Assembly: GCF_036365525.1 (NCBI RefSeq)
Contig: NC_090399.1
Coordinates: forward strand, 50,066,430-50,130,429
Reading direction: 5' to 3'
Length of the DNA: 64,000 nt
DNA from: Heterodontus francisci
Taxonomy: Eukaryota
In this document: positions 1 through 12,283 of the stretch, one piece after another
Layout of the letters: the number at the start of each line of letters is the position of its first letter
Position numbering within the stretch: the first letter of the stretch is position 1
Made by a program: the position numbers and the translations under genes
Notes under the pieces: model-generated
The model's input: only the letters and a program-made list of their open reading frames with translations
Database searches by the model: none
What the model was told of the DNA's origin: nothing

Positions 1-270
1 CTGTCAGAGGGTCAGTACTGAGGGAGTGCTGCACTATCAGAGGGTCAGTACTGAGGGAGTGCTGCACTATCGGAGTGTCAGTACTGATGGGGTGCTGCTC
101 TATCAGAGGGTCAGTACTGAGGGAGTGCTGCACTATCGGAGTGTCAGTACTGATGGGGTGCTGCTCTATCAGAGGGTCAGTACTGAGGGAGTGCTGCACT
201 ATCGGAGTGTCAGTACTGATTGGGTGCTGCACTGCCAGAATGGCCATGCTGAGGCAGAGCTGCACTGTCA
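1..270 (+). repeat. 30-bp minisatellite (cagtactgagggagtgctgcactatcagag-type) running into a SINE body
   Basis: Visible 30-bp period; same unit as 21446-23415. Confidence 0.85.
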
Positions 271-585
271 GAAATGCCGTCTTTTAGATCAGGAGTCAGA
301 TTGATGCCCAGTCTGTCCTTTCAAGGGAATGTAAAAGATCCTATCTCCCTCTGTTAGGATGAGCAGCGAAGTTCTCCATAGTAACAGTTATATAAACCAC
401 AATCGCTACAACAGAGTATTTGGTCATTAGCACACTGCTGTTTATGGGATCTTGCTGTGTACAAATACTTGCCATGCTTTCTACATTAAAACAGTGACAA
501 TCTGCAGGGCATTTCATTGGCAGTAAAGTGCTTTTGGAGGTCTAGAGGCTTTGAAAGGTGCTATATCAATGCAAGTCTTTCCTTT
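260..585 (+). mobile_element. SINE body with L2-like 3' tail
   Basis: Homologous to 54100-54420 (gtttatgggatcttgctgtg...gctatatcaatgcaagtcttt). Confidence 0.65.
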
Positions 586-654
586 TAATAAAACCTGAGG
601 ATCACTTGGAGACAGTTGAGTGATGACTGTGGGGAGTAAATGATGAAATCTTAC

Positions 655-798
655 CATTCTTTAAACACCAGCCCAGTCCGGAGTTCTTTCCATTTTTATA
701 CTTGTACAAAACAGCAGCAACAGCACCGATGAAGCAAAGCAAGACAATCACCAAAACGATAGAGACAATTATCCCCGTTTTCGAACCATTGCGTTCAT
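655..798 (-). CDS. MHC class I gene A, exon 5 (connecting peptide, TM, start of tail); later exons lie left of the window
   Basis: DERNGSKTGIIVSIVLVIVLLCFIGAVAAVLYKYKNGKNSGLGWCLKNG; cactcag| acceptor, G|gtaag donor, 144 nt, in frame with alpha3. Confidence 0.88.
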
Positions 799-1399
799 CT
801 GAGTGAACAAGAATAAGGTAAGTCTCTGCTCCTAACACATACACTGAGCCTAGATTATCCTCACCCAGTGTAATGGGGAGAGACAGTCTCAGCTTCCAGT
901 GCACTGACCCCAGCCCGGAATGTCCCCACCCAGTGTAACGGGGAAAGACAGTCTCAGCTTCCATTGCACTGATCCCAGCCCAGACAGTTCTACAGCGATG
1001 TCCGGAGTTTTGTCACTGCCCTTGTGATTCAGGAGAGAGGAAGAGGGACAATGGTCCTCGAGTGATATTCCTGGCTGTGGGGAACATTTGCATTAATCCA
1101 GTGCAAACCAGGTGCTCTAAGGCAGCTGAAGTCCATTAGATGGGGAGCAATGACAGGACGGAAGATGCTGACGTTAAACTGTCGGCACCTTACAGGACAG
1201 GGGTTGGAATGGCCGGCAGTTAAAGGGACAGTCAGGATTAAGCAGTGGGTAAATACAGCTTACATAGCAACAAGGACTCAGGGAGAATGTCAATTCACCG
1301 AGCAGATTACCACTTACAGGATAATCAAGCATCAAAGCTTCTTCCAACTTTTCCACAACACAGGCAAGGATCCTTTTATTGTGGGATCAGCATAACCTC

Positions 1400-1860
1400 G
1401 TGTTATTCCCATTCTTTACCTTGTGTAATACCAAATCCGTACCCCAGGTTTTCCCCATTCTTTACCCAAGGTTTTCCCCATTCTTTACCCAAGGTTTTTC
1501 CCATTCCGTACCCTGGGTTATTCTTATTCTTTGCCCTGTGTAATTCCCAGTCCAAACCCCCCTGGGTTATTCCCATTCCTTAGTCTTGGTGTAGTCTTCT
1601 GTACCCCAGCCTATTCCAATTTCTTACCCTGGTTTATTCCCATACCTTAGTCTTGGTTATTCCCATTCTGTACCCCAGGCTATTCCCGTTTCTTACCCCG
1701 GTTTATTCCCATTTCAGACCCTGGGTTATTCCCATTCTTTATCTTGGGTTATTCCTTACCTCAGGGTATTCCCATTTCTCACCCTGAGTTATTCCCATTC
1801 TTCACCCCAAGTGATTCACGTTCCATAACTCATGTTTTTCCCATTCCTCACGCTGTTTTT
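1400..1860. repeat. Degenerate ~23-bp tandem repeat (ttattcccattc..accctggg), continuing at about 2620-2690 and 3930-4110
   Basis: Recurrent ttattcccattc motif; array split by LINE insertions. Confidence 0.75.
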
Positions 1861-1864
1861 TTTT

Positions 1865-2615
1865 ATTGGTTCATGGGATGTGGGTGTCGCTGGCCAGGCA
1901 GCATTTATTGCCCATCCCTAATTGCCCTTGAGAAGGTGGTGGTGAGCTGCCTTCTTTAACCACTGCAGTCCATTTGGGGTAGGTACACCCACAGTGCTGT
2001 TAGGAAGGGAGTTCCAGGATTTTGACCCAGTGACAGTGAAAGAACAGCGATATAGTTCCAAGTCAGGATGGTGTGTGACTTGGAGGGGAACTTGCAGGTT
2101 GTGGTGTTCCCATGCATCTGCTACCCTCGTCCTTCTAGATGGTAGAGGTGGCGGGTTTGGAAGGTGCTGTCGAAGGAGCCTTGGTGTGTTGCTGCAGTGC
2201 ATCTTGTAGATGGTGCACACTGCTGCTACTGTGCGTCGGTGGTGGAGGGAGTGAACGTTTGTGGATGGGGTGCAAATCAAGCGGGCTGCTTGGTCCTCGA
2301 TGGTGTTGAGCTTTTTGAGTGTTGTTGGAGCTGCACCCATCCAGGCAAGTGGAGAGTATTCCATCACACTCCTGACTCGTGCCTTGTAGATGGTGGACAG
2401 GCTTTGGGGAGTCAGGAGGTGAGTTACTCACTGCAGGATTCCTAGCCTCTGACTTGCTCTTGTAGCCATGTTATTTATATGGCTACTCCAGTTCAGTTTC
2501 TGGAAAATGGCAGCCCCCAGGATGTTGATAGTGGGAGATTCAGTGATTGTAATGCCATTGAATGTCAAGGGGAGATGGTTAGATTCTCTCTCGCTGGAGA
2601 TGGTCATTGCCTGGT
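1865..2615 (-). mobile_element. 5'-truncated non-LTR retrotransposon (CR1-group), RT C-terminus and 3' end
   Basis: MEYSPLAWMGAAPTTLKKL...HHRRTVAAVC; same family at 19840-20965 and 63085-64000. Confidence 0.85.
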
Positions 2616-2699
2616 GTTTCCTATTTCTTACCTTGTGTTGTTCACATTCTGTACCTCATGCTTTTCCCATTTCGTGCCCTGGGTTACTCATATTTTACG

Positions 2700-3925
2700 A
2701 AAATACATACAAACATATGAATTAAGAGCAGAGGTAGGCCATTCGGCCCCTCTAGCCTGCTCCACCATTCAATAAGATCATGGCTGATCTTTTTGTGTTT
2801 CGAATTCCACACTCCCATCGACCCCCGATAATCTTTGATTCCTTGCCTAACAAGAATCTATCTACCTCTGCCTTAAAAATATTCAATGTCCCCACCTCCA
2901 CCACCTTCTGAGGCAGAAAATTCCAAAGTCGCACAACCCTCAGAGAGAAAAAAATTTCTCTTCATCTCTGTCCTAAAAGGGCGACCTCTAATTGTAAAAC
3001 AGTGCCCCCGAGTTCTGGACTCACCTACAAGAGGAAACATCCTCTCCACATCCACCTTGTCAAGATCGTTCAGAATCTTATAAACTTCAATCAAGTCTCC
3101 CCTCACTCTTCTAAACTCCAGTGAAAACAAGCCCAGTCCGTCCAATCTTTCCTCATAAAACAACCCACTCATTCCAGGTATCAATCTAGTAAACCGCCTT
3201 TGAATCATCTCCAACGCATTTACATCCTTTCTTAAATAAGGAGACCAAAACTGTACACAGTATTCGAGATGTGGTCTCACCAATGTCCTGCATAACTGAA
3301 GCATTACATCCTTACTGTTATTTTCAATTCCTCTCGTAATAAAGGATAGCATTCTATTAGCCTTCTTTATTACTTGCTGTACCTGCATATTAACTTATTG
3401 TAACTCATGCACTAGAACACCTAGATCCCTCTGCACCTCAGAATTCTGCAGTCATTCTCCGTTTAAGAAATACTCTGCATTTTTTATTCTTCCTGCCAAA
3501 GTAAACAGCTTCACATTTTCCCACATTATATTCCATCTGCCAGATTTTTGCCCATTCACTCAACCCATCTATTTTGGTCTGCAACCTCCTTATTTCCTCT
3601 TCACAACATACTTTCCAACCTATCTTTGTGCCATCTGCAAATTTAGCTACCATGTCATCGCTCCCCTCATCTAAGTCATTGATATAAATTGTCAAAAGTT
3701 GAGGCCCCTGCAGGACTCAACTCGTCACATCCTGCCAATCAGAAAAGGACCCATTTATGCATACTCTCTGTTTTCTGCCAGCCAGCCAATCTTCTATCCA
3801 TGCTAATATGTTACCCCCTACACCATGAGCTCCTACTTTGTGCAATAACCTTTTATGTGGCACCTTGTCAAATCCCTTCTGCAAATCCAAATATAGTACA
3901 TTAACGGGCTCCCCTTTATCAACAG
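2700..3925 (-). mobile_element. CR1 LINE fragment
   Basis: YLDLQKGFDKVPH, KFADGTK, RPHLEYCVQFWSP, RGDLIEVYKI motifs, frameshifted. Confidence 0.92.
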
Positions 3926-4114
3926 TGCACCTCACGTTATTCTCATTCCTTACCATGGGTTATTCCCATTCTTTATCCCAGGTTATTCCCATTCCGTATC
4001 CTGGGCCACTCCCATTCCATATCCCAGCTCATTCCCATATTGTAAGCCGGCTCACTCCCATTCCGTAACCCGGCTCATTCCCGTTTCGTACCCTGAGTAA
4101 TTCCCATTCCATAC

Positions 4115-4390
4115 CCCAGGGTCTATCCAGTGTTTCAGACAAGCTGCTGTGTTCGACGCGGCAGATGTGCTGACGACTATCCCCGGGTTTGGTCTGCAAG
4201 GATATCCTTATTTGGTAGGTGCCATCATGGTTGGGTAGAATTCCTGTGCTTTGGGGTTTGGAGAGCGGTTTACCGTCTATAAGCCAGGTCACGTTGATGG
4301 ATGCAGGGAAAAAGCCAGTGACCAGGCAATGGAGATTGAGATTCTGGCCATTGGAGGTCTTCCTGCCATAGACCATCACATCTGGGGCAA
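4115..4390 (-). CDS. MHC class I gene A, exon 4 (alpha3 Ig C1-set domain)
   Basis: VAPDV...LHCLVTGFFPASINVTW...ILPNHDGTYQ...HICRVEHSSL...PW; (CT)n-rich acceptor ctcctcag|, |gtatgg donor, 276 nt. Confidence 0.95.
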
Positions 4391-4829
4391 CTGAGGAGAG
4401 AGAGAGAGAGAGAGAGAGATAAAGAGGGAGGGGGAGGGTGGGAGAGAGGGAGAGGGAGAGATGGGTACAGGTTCACTTTAAATGTACATTTTAATGGTTC
4501 TCTTCGGCTGGTTTAGTCGCAGATGACGAGGAGTATTGGAAATGACTGGATTGTGAAACGATAAGGACAGACTTGGCGATCAGTCTGTGTGAAAGCCTCA
4601 CACTGCCCTGCACTCTTGGTGAATTGGTAACATTGACTGCACTCCTCTACATTGGCTGCTCTTTGCAGTGGCTCGGCTGTGTTTACCTGTTTGAATCCTG
4701 CAGGCCTCGGAACAGCCGAGAGATTTCCATAAAACCAGATTCCTCACTGAGTGAGTGCCACAACAGCAGTCGAAAAAGAATCAGAGCAAAGACTGAGCCA
4801 GCACTGAGAGAAAGAGGGAGTGGGAAAGA

Positions 4830-6400
4830 GTGGGGGGTCACTGGGCAGAGAGTGAGGTGGGGGGGGGTTCATTGGGGAGACAATGAGGTGGGGGGGGGGG
4901 GTCACTGGAGACACAGTGACATGGGGGGGGGTTCACTGGGGAGACAGTGAGTTGGGGGGTCACTGGGGAAACAGTGAGGTGGTGGGTCACTGGGGGGACA
5001 GTGAGGTGGGGGGTCACTGGGGAAACAGTGAGGTGGTGGGTCACTGGGGGGACAGTGAGGTGGGGGGGTCACTGGGGAGACAGTGAGGTGGTGGGTCACT
5101 GGGGGGAAAGTGAGGTGGGGGGTCACTGGGGAGACAGTGAGTTAGGGATCCCTGGGGAAACAGTGAGGTGGTGGGTCACTGGGGAGACTGTGAGGTGGGG
5201 GGGTCACTGGGGAGACAGTGAGGTGGGGGGTCACTGGGGAGACAGTAAGGTGGAGGGTCACTGGGGAGACAGTGAGGTGGGGGGTTCATTGGGGAGACAG
5301 TGAGTTGTGGGACTCACTGGGGAGACAGTGAGGTGGGGGGGATCACTGGGGAGACAGGTGGGGGTTCACTGCGGAGACAGTGAGGTGGGGGGGTCACTGG
5401 GGAGTCAGTGAGGTGGGATCACTGGGGGAGACAGTGAGGTGGGGGGGATCCCTGGGGAAACAGTGAGGTGGTGGGTCACTGGGGAGACAGTGATGTGGGG
5501 GGGGGGTCTTTGGGGAGACAGTGAAGTGCGGGGGGGTCAGCGGGGAGACAGTGAGGTGGGGGGTCACTGCGGAGACAGTGAGGTGGGGGGGGTCAATGGG
5601 GAGACAGTGAGGTTGGGGGGAGTCACTGGGGACACAGTGACATGGGGGGGTCACTGGGGAGACAGGTGGGGGTTCACTGGGGAGACAGTGAGTTGGGGGG
5701 GGTCACTGGGGAAACAGTGAGGTGGTGGGTCACTGGGGAGACACTGATGTGGGGGGTTCTTTGGGGAGACAGTGAAGTGGGGTGGTCACTGCAGAGACAG
5801 TGAGGTGTGGGGGTCACTGCGGAGATAGTGAGGTTGGGGGTGGTCACTGGGGAGACAGTGAGGTGGGGGGGTCACTGGAGACACAGTGACATTGGGGGGT
5901 CACTGGGGAGTCAGTGAGGTGGAATCACTGGGGAGACAGTGAGGTGGGGATCCCTGGGGAAACAGTGAGGTGGTGGGTCACTGGGGAGACGGTGATGTGG
6001 GGGGTCACTGGGGAGACCTTGAGGTTGTGGGGGTCACTGCGGACACAGTGACATTGGGGGGGGGGGTCACTGGGGAGTCAGTGAGGTTGGGGAGTCACTG
6101 GGGACACAGTGACAAGAGGAGGGGGTTCACTGGGGAGACAGTGAGTTGGGGGGGGTCACTGGGGAAACAGTGAGGTGGTGGGTCATTGGGGGTCAGCAAG
6201 GTGGGGGGGGGGTCACTGGGGAGACAGTGAGTTGGGGATCCCTGGGGAAACAGTGAGGTGGTGGGTCATTGGGGAGACACTGATGTGGGGGGTTCTTTGG
6301 GGAGACAGTGAAGTGGGAGGGTCACTGCGGAGACAGTGAGGTAGGGGGGTCACTGCGGAGACATTGAGGTTGGGGGGGGGGGTCAGTGGGGAGACAGTGA
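4830..6400. repeat. G-rich ~25-28-bp minisatellite (gtcactggggagacagtgaggtggggg)
   Basis: Direct inspection; many G4-G10 runs. Confidence 0.92.
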
Positions 6401-6589
6401 GATGCTGTGACACTCTCCTTGAATTAGAGCGCCTTTGGGTTTCAGTGATTGCTAAGAGACCCCCAGTGCTCTGTGTCCTGTGGCCTCATCATGTTCTGAT
6501 CCATGAGTCCTCTTCATTGCACCAGGCTCTGTACTCTGCTTTTTACTCTGTGCTGCATCCTGTGCCTATGCTGTCTCTTTTGTGCACTG

Positions 6590-9540
6590 TGTGGTGCTCT
6601 GTATTCTCTGTCCCGTGCCCTGTGCTGTTTTCTGTGCCCTCTGTCCTGTGCTGTTTTCTGTGTTCTCTGTCCTGTGCTGTTTTCTGTGTTCTCTGTCCTG
6701 TGCCCTGTGCTGTTTTCTGTGCCCTCTGTCCTGTGCTGTTTTCTGTGTTCTCTGTCCTGTGCCCTGTGCTGTTTTCTGTGCCCTCTGTCCTGTGCTGTTT
6801 TTTGTGCTCTCTGTCCTGTGCCCTATTCTGTGCCCTCTGTCCTGTGCTGTTTTCTGTGTTCTCTGTCCTGTGCTGTTTTCTGTGTTCTCTGTCCTGTGCC
6901 CTGTGCCCTGTGCCCTTTTCTGTGCCCTCTGTCCTGTGCTGTTTTCTGTGTTCTCTGTCCTGTGCCCTGTGCTGTTTTCTGTGCCCTCTGTCCTGTGCTG
7001 TTTTTTGTGCTCTCTGTCCTGTGCCCTATTCTGTGCCCTCTGTCCTGTGCTGTTTTCTGTGTTCTCTGTCCTGTGCTGTTTTCTGTGTTCTCTGTCCTGT
7101 GCCGTGCTGTTTTCTGTGCCCTCTGTCCTGTGCTGTTTCCTGTGTTCTCTGTCCTGTGCCCTACGCTGTTTTCTGTGCCCTCTGTCCTGTGCTGTTTTCT
7201 GTGTTCTCTGTCCTGTGCCCTGTGCTGTTTTCTGTGCCCTCTGTCCTGTGCTGTTTTCTGTGTTCTCTGTCCTGTGCCCTACGCTGTTTTCTGTGCCCTC
7301 TGTCCTGTGCTGTTTTCTGTGTTCTCTGTCCTGTGCCCTACGCTGTTTTCTGTGCCCTCTGTCCTGTGTTGTTTTCTGTGTTCTCTGTCCTGTGCCCTAC
7401 GCTGTTTTCTGTGCCCTCTGTCCTGTGCTGTTTTCTGTGTTCTCTGTCCCGTGCCCTGTGCTGTTTTCTGTGCCCTCTGTCCTGTGCTGTTTTCTGTGTT
7501 CTCTGTCCTGTGCCCTACGCTGTTTTCTGTGCCCTCTGTCCTGTGCTGTTTTCTGTGTTCTCTGTCCGGTGCCCTACGCTGTTTTCTGTGCCCTCTGTCC
7601 TGTGCTGTTTTCTGTGTTCTCTGTCCTGTGCCCTACGCTGTTTTCTGTGCCCTCTGTCCTGTGCTGTTTTCTGTGTTCTCTGTCCAGTGCCCTACGCTGT
7701 TTTCTGTGCCCTCTGTCCTGTGCTGTTTTCTGTGTTCTCTGTCCTGTGCCCTACGCTGTTTTCTGTGCCCTCTGTCCTGTGCTGTTTTCTGTGTTCTCTG
7801 TCCGGTGCCCTACGCTGTTTTCTGTGCCCTCTGTCCTGTGCTGTTTTCTGTGTTCTCTGTCCTGTGCCCTACGCTGTTTTCTGTGCCCTCTGTCCTGTGC
7901 TGTTTTCTGTGTTCTCTGTCCTGTGCCCTGTGCTGTTTTCTGTGCCCTCTGTCCTGTGCTGTTTTCTGTGTTCTCTGTCCTGTGCCCTACGCTGTTTTCT
8001 GTGCCCTCTGTCCTGTGCTGTTTTCTGTGTTCTCTGTCCTGTGCCCTACGCTGTTTTCTGTGCCCTCTGTCCTGTGTTGTTTTCTGTGTTCTCTGTCCTG
8101 TGCCCTACGCTGTTTTCTGTGCCCTCTGTCCTGTGCTGTTTTCTGTGTTCTCTGTCCCGTGCCCTGTGCTGTTTTCTGTGCCCTCTGTCCTGTGCTGTTT
8201 TCTGTGTTCTCTGTCCTGTGCCCTACGCTGTTTTCTGTGCCCTCTGTCCTGTGCTGTTTTCTGTGTTCTCTGTCCGGTGCCCTACGCTGTTTTCTGTGCC
8301 CTCTATCCTGTGCTGTTTTCTGTGTTCTCTGTCCTGTGCCCTACGCTGTTTTCTGTGCCCTCTGTCCTGTGCTGTTTTCTGTGTTCTCTGTCCAGTGCCC
8401 TACGCTGTTTTCTGTGCCCTCTGTCCTGTGCTGTTTTCTGTGTTCTCTGTCCTGTGCCCTACGCTGTTTTCTGTGCCCTCTGTCCTGTGCTGTTTTCTGT
8501 GTTCTCTGTCCGGTGCCCTACGCTGTTTTCTGTGCCCTCTGTCCTGTGCTGTTTTCTGTGTTCTCTGTCCTTTGCCCTGTGCTGTTTTCTGTGCCCTCTG
8601 TCCTGTGCTGTTTTCTGTGCCCTCTGTCCTGTGCTGTTTTCTGTGTTCTCTGTCCTGTGCCCTGTGCTGTTTTCTGTGTCCTCTGTCCTGTGCTGTTTTC
8701 TGTGTTCTCTCTCCTATGCCCTGTGCTGTTTTCTGTGCCCTCTGTCCTGTGCTGTTTTCTGTGTTCTCTGTCCTTTGCCCTGGGCTGTTTTCTGTGCCCT
8801 CTGTCCTGTGCTGTTTTCTGTGTTCTCTGTCCTGTGCCCTACGCTGTTTTCTGTGCCCTCTGTCCTGTGCTGTTTTCGGTGTTCTCTGTCCTGTGCCCTG
8901 TGCTGTTTTCTGTGCCCTCTGTCCTGTGCTGTTTTCTGTGTTCTCTCTCCTATGCCCTGTGCTGTTTTCTGTGCCCTCTGTCCTGTGCTGTTTTCTGTGT
9001 TCTCTGTCCTGTGCCCTGTGCTGTTTTCTGTGCCCTCTGTCCTGTGCTGTTTTCTGTGTTCTCTCTCCTATGCCCTGTGCTGTTTTCTGTGTTCTCTGTC
9101 CTGTGCCCTACGCTGTTTTCTGTGCCCTCTGTCCTGTGCTGTTTTCGGTGTTCTCTGTCCTGTGCCCTGTGCTGTTTTCTGTGCCCTCTGTCCTGTGCTG
9201 TTTTCTGTGTCTCTGTCCTGTGCCTTGTGTCCCATTTTCTTTGCCCTGAGCCGCACTCAGTCCCCTCTGTCCTGTGCCCTACGCTGTTTGCTGTGCCCTC
9301 TGTCCTGTGCTGTTTTCTGTGTTCTCTGTCCTGTGCCCTGTGCTGTTTTCTGTGCCCTCTGTCCTGTGCTGTTTTCTGTGTTCTCTGTCCTGTGTCCTGT
9401 GCTGTTTTCTGTGCCCTCTGTCCTGTGCTGTTTTCTGTGTTCTCTCTCCTATGCCCTGTGCTGTTTTCTGTGTCTCTGTCCTGTGCCTTGTGTCCCATTT
9501 TCTTTGCCCTGAGCCGCACTCAGTCCCCTCTGTCGTGTGC
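6590..9540. repeat. Nearly A-free 59-bp (26+33) minisatellite in gene A intron 3
   Basis: Period 59 from line offsets; lack of A explains the ~1000-aa ORFs in all three + frames. Confidence 0.95.
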
Positions 9541-9696
9541 CCGGTGCTGCTGTATTCCCTCTTCCGCTCGGTGGTCGGAAACTGCACTATTGCTGGATAA
9601 GATGAGATCTGTCTCTGAAGGGAGTGATCGTGTGGGAGAGGGATTTCAATTGGTTGTATGGATGTCATACGACAAGATGTTTAGTATCTGACCGAC

Positions 9697-9972
9697 CTTT
9701 ACGATTTAGGTCCCCGTTGCTGTACATGAGGTATTTCCTTAACCATTTGATGCAGATTTGCTGTGTGTACTGCTTCTTGTATTCGTTATCAGCCTTGTTG
9801 TTGTTCCACTTGCGCTTGGTGACCAGGGCAGCAGGTGAGGAGGTAACCCACATCGTGTGCTCCAGGTCGAAGCTGATCAGGTCTCGCCCATTGAAGGCGT
9901 ACTGACGAACTCCGCCTACAGCGCCGTCATCTCTCAGCTCGCAGCCCGACGTGTATTGCAGGAAGTTCAGTT
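9697..9972 (-). CDS. MHC class I gene A, exon 3 (alpha2 domain)
   Basis: KLNFLQYTSGCELRDDG...QYAFNGRDLISFD...VTKRKW...YTQQICIKWLRKYL...RK; both canonical Cys present; tatttag| acceptor, |gtcggt donor, 276 nt. Confidence 0.95.
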
Positions 9973-10084
9973 CTAAATACAGGCAGAGAAGATAGAAAAC
10001 ATCGAAAACATCAATGCTTGAAGAAGAGAAATGGAGTTAAAGCTCAAACACTTGCTGAACAACTCACTAATACACCTCAAAACC

Positions 10085-11980
10085 AGGGTCACACTCTAAC
10101 ACGAGTGTGTGTTCACCATTACACACCCCTGTGTTCCTGTGTCACACTCAATCACCAGTGTGTGTTCACCATTACACACCCCTGTGTTCCTGTGTCACAC
10201 TCAATCACCAGTGTGTGTTCACCATTACACACCCCTGTGTTCCTGTGTCACACTCTATCACGAGTGTGTGTTCACCATTACACACCCCTGCAAACCTCTA
10301 ACATGAGTGTGTGTCCTCAGAATTACGCACTCTTGTGATCCTGGGTGACACTCTAACATGAGTGTGTGTTCACCATTACACACCCTTGTGAACTTGGGTC
10401 ACACTCTAACATGAGTGTGTGCTCACCATTACACATCCCTGTGTTCCTGTGTCACACTCTGACACGAGTGTGTGCTCACCATTACACATCCCTGTGTTCC
10501 TGTGTCACACTCTAACACCAGTGTGTGACCTCAGAATTACACACCCCTGCGAACCTGGGTCACACTCTAACACGAGTGTGTGTCCTCAGAATTACACATC
10601 CGTGTGAACCTGGGTCACACTCTAACATGAGTGTGTGTCCTCAGAATTACGCACTCTTGTGATCCTGGGTGACACTCTAACATGAGTGTGTGTTCACCAT
10701 TACACACCCTTGTGAACGTGGGTCACACTCTAACACGAGTGTGTGCTCACCATTACACACCCCTGTGTTCCTGTGTCACACTCTGACACGAGTGTGTGCT
10801 CACCATTACACATCCCTGTGTTCCTGTGTCACACTCTAACACGAGTGTGTGTCCTCAGAATTACACACCCGTGTGAACCTGGGTCACACTCTATCACGAG
10901 TGTGTGCTCACCATTACATACCCCTGCAAATCTGGGTCACACTCTAACACGAGTGTGTGCTCACCATTACACACCCCTGTGTTCCTGTGTTACACTCTAA
11001 CACAATTGTGTGCTCATCATTACACACCCCTGTGAACCTGGGTCACACTTTAACACGAGTGTGTGTCCTCAGAATTACACACCCGTGTGAACCTGGGTCA
11101 CACTCTATCACGAGTGTGTGCTCACCATTACATACCCCTGCAAATCTGGGTCACACTCTAACACGAGTGTGTGCTCACCATTACACACCCCTGTGTTCCT
11201 GTGTTACACTCTAACACAATTGTGTGCTCACCATTACACACCCCTGTGTTCCTGTGTCACACTCTAACATGAGTGTTTGTCCTAAGAATTACACACCCCT
11301 GTGTTCCTGTGTCACACACGAACATGAGTGTGTGTCCTCATCCTTACACACCCCTGTGAACCTGGGTCACACTCTAACATGAGTGTGTGCTCACCATTAC
11401 ACACACCTGTGTTCCTGTGTCACACTCTAACACGAGTGTGTGTCCTCAGAATCACACACCCCTGTGTTCCTGTGTCACACTCTAACATGAGTGTGTGTCC
11501 ACCATTACACACCCCTGTGAACCTGGATCATACTCTAACACGAGTGTGTGTCCTCAAAATTACGCACCCTTGTGATCCTGGGTGACACTCTAACATGAGT
11601 GTGTTCTCACCATTACACACCCTTGTGATGCAGGGTCACACTCTAACCTGACTGTGTGCTCACCATTACACACCCTTGTGAACCTGGGTCACACTCTAAC
11701 ACGAGTGTGTGTCCTCAGAATTACACATCCCTGTGTTCCTGTGTCACACTCTAACATGAGTGTTTGCTCACCATTACACATCCCTGAGTTCCTGTGTCAC
11801 ACTCTAACACGAGTGTGTGTCCTCAGAATTACACACCCCTGTGAACCTGGATCACACTCTAACACGAGTGTGTGTCCTCAGAATTACACACCCCTGCGTT
11901 CCTGTGTCACACTCTAACACGAGTGTGTGTTCACCATTACACATCCCTGTGTTCCTGGGTCACACTCTAACACGAGTGTA
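10085..11980. repeat. ~53-bp minisatellite filling gene A intron 2
   Basis: gtcacactctaacacgagtgtgtgctcaccattacacacccctgtgttcctgt units. Confidence 0.93.
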
Positions 11981-11989
11981 CTCTCTTAC

Positions 11990-12253
11990 TTGTCATGTTG
12001 CTGTTTGTTCGCTTTGTTGCTATTTGTACATTGGCGAGCGACAGCTTCTCTCGGTCGAGCAATCTCAATGTCTCTTTGTCCCAATAATCTGGCTCCTCCG
12101 TTCTATTCATCCAAGGCTGTCGTGGGATATCTCTTTTGCTGTCACTGTCATAGTAGGTTATCTGTACGCCGTCCAGAACACCAACGTGAATGAACTCGGG
12201 GAAGTTCACACTGTTAAGCATCGAGGTATAGTAATACCTCAGGTAATGTGACT
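11990..12253 (-). CDS. MHC class I gene A, exon 2 (alpha1 domain)
   Basis: ESHYLRYYYTSM...FPEFIHVGVLDGVQITYYDSDSKRDIPRQPWM...DYWDKET...KRTNSNMT is a typical class I alpha1; ttgacag| acceptor, |gtaag donor, 264 nt, phase 1/1. Confidence 0.95.
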
Positions 12254-12283
12254 CTGTCAAAGACAAAAATAAATCACCGTCAG

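Noticed and set aside
4910-6110. CACAGTG heptamers as V(D)J RSS
   Set aside because: Variants of the satellite unit, with no nonamer at 12/23 spacing and no V/J segments
6364-9691. 961-1062-aa Cys-rich ORFs in three frames
   Set aside because: Translation of an A-free minisatellite that can hardly form stop codons; antisense within a gene A intron
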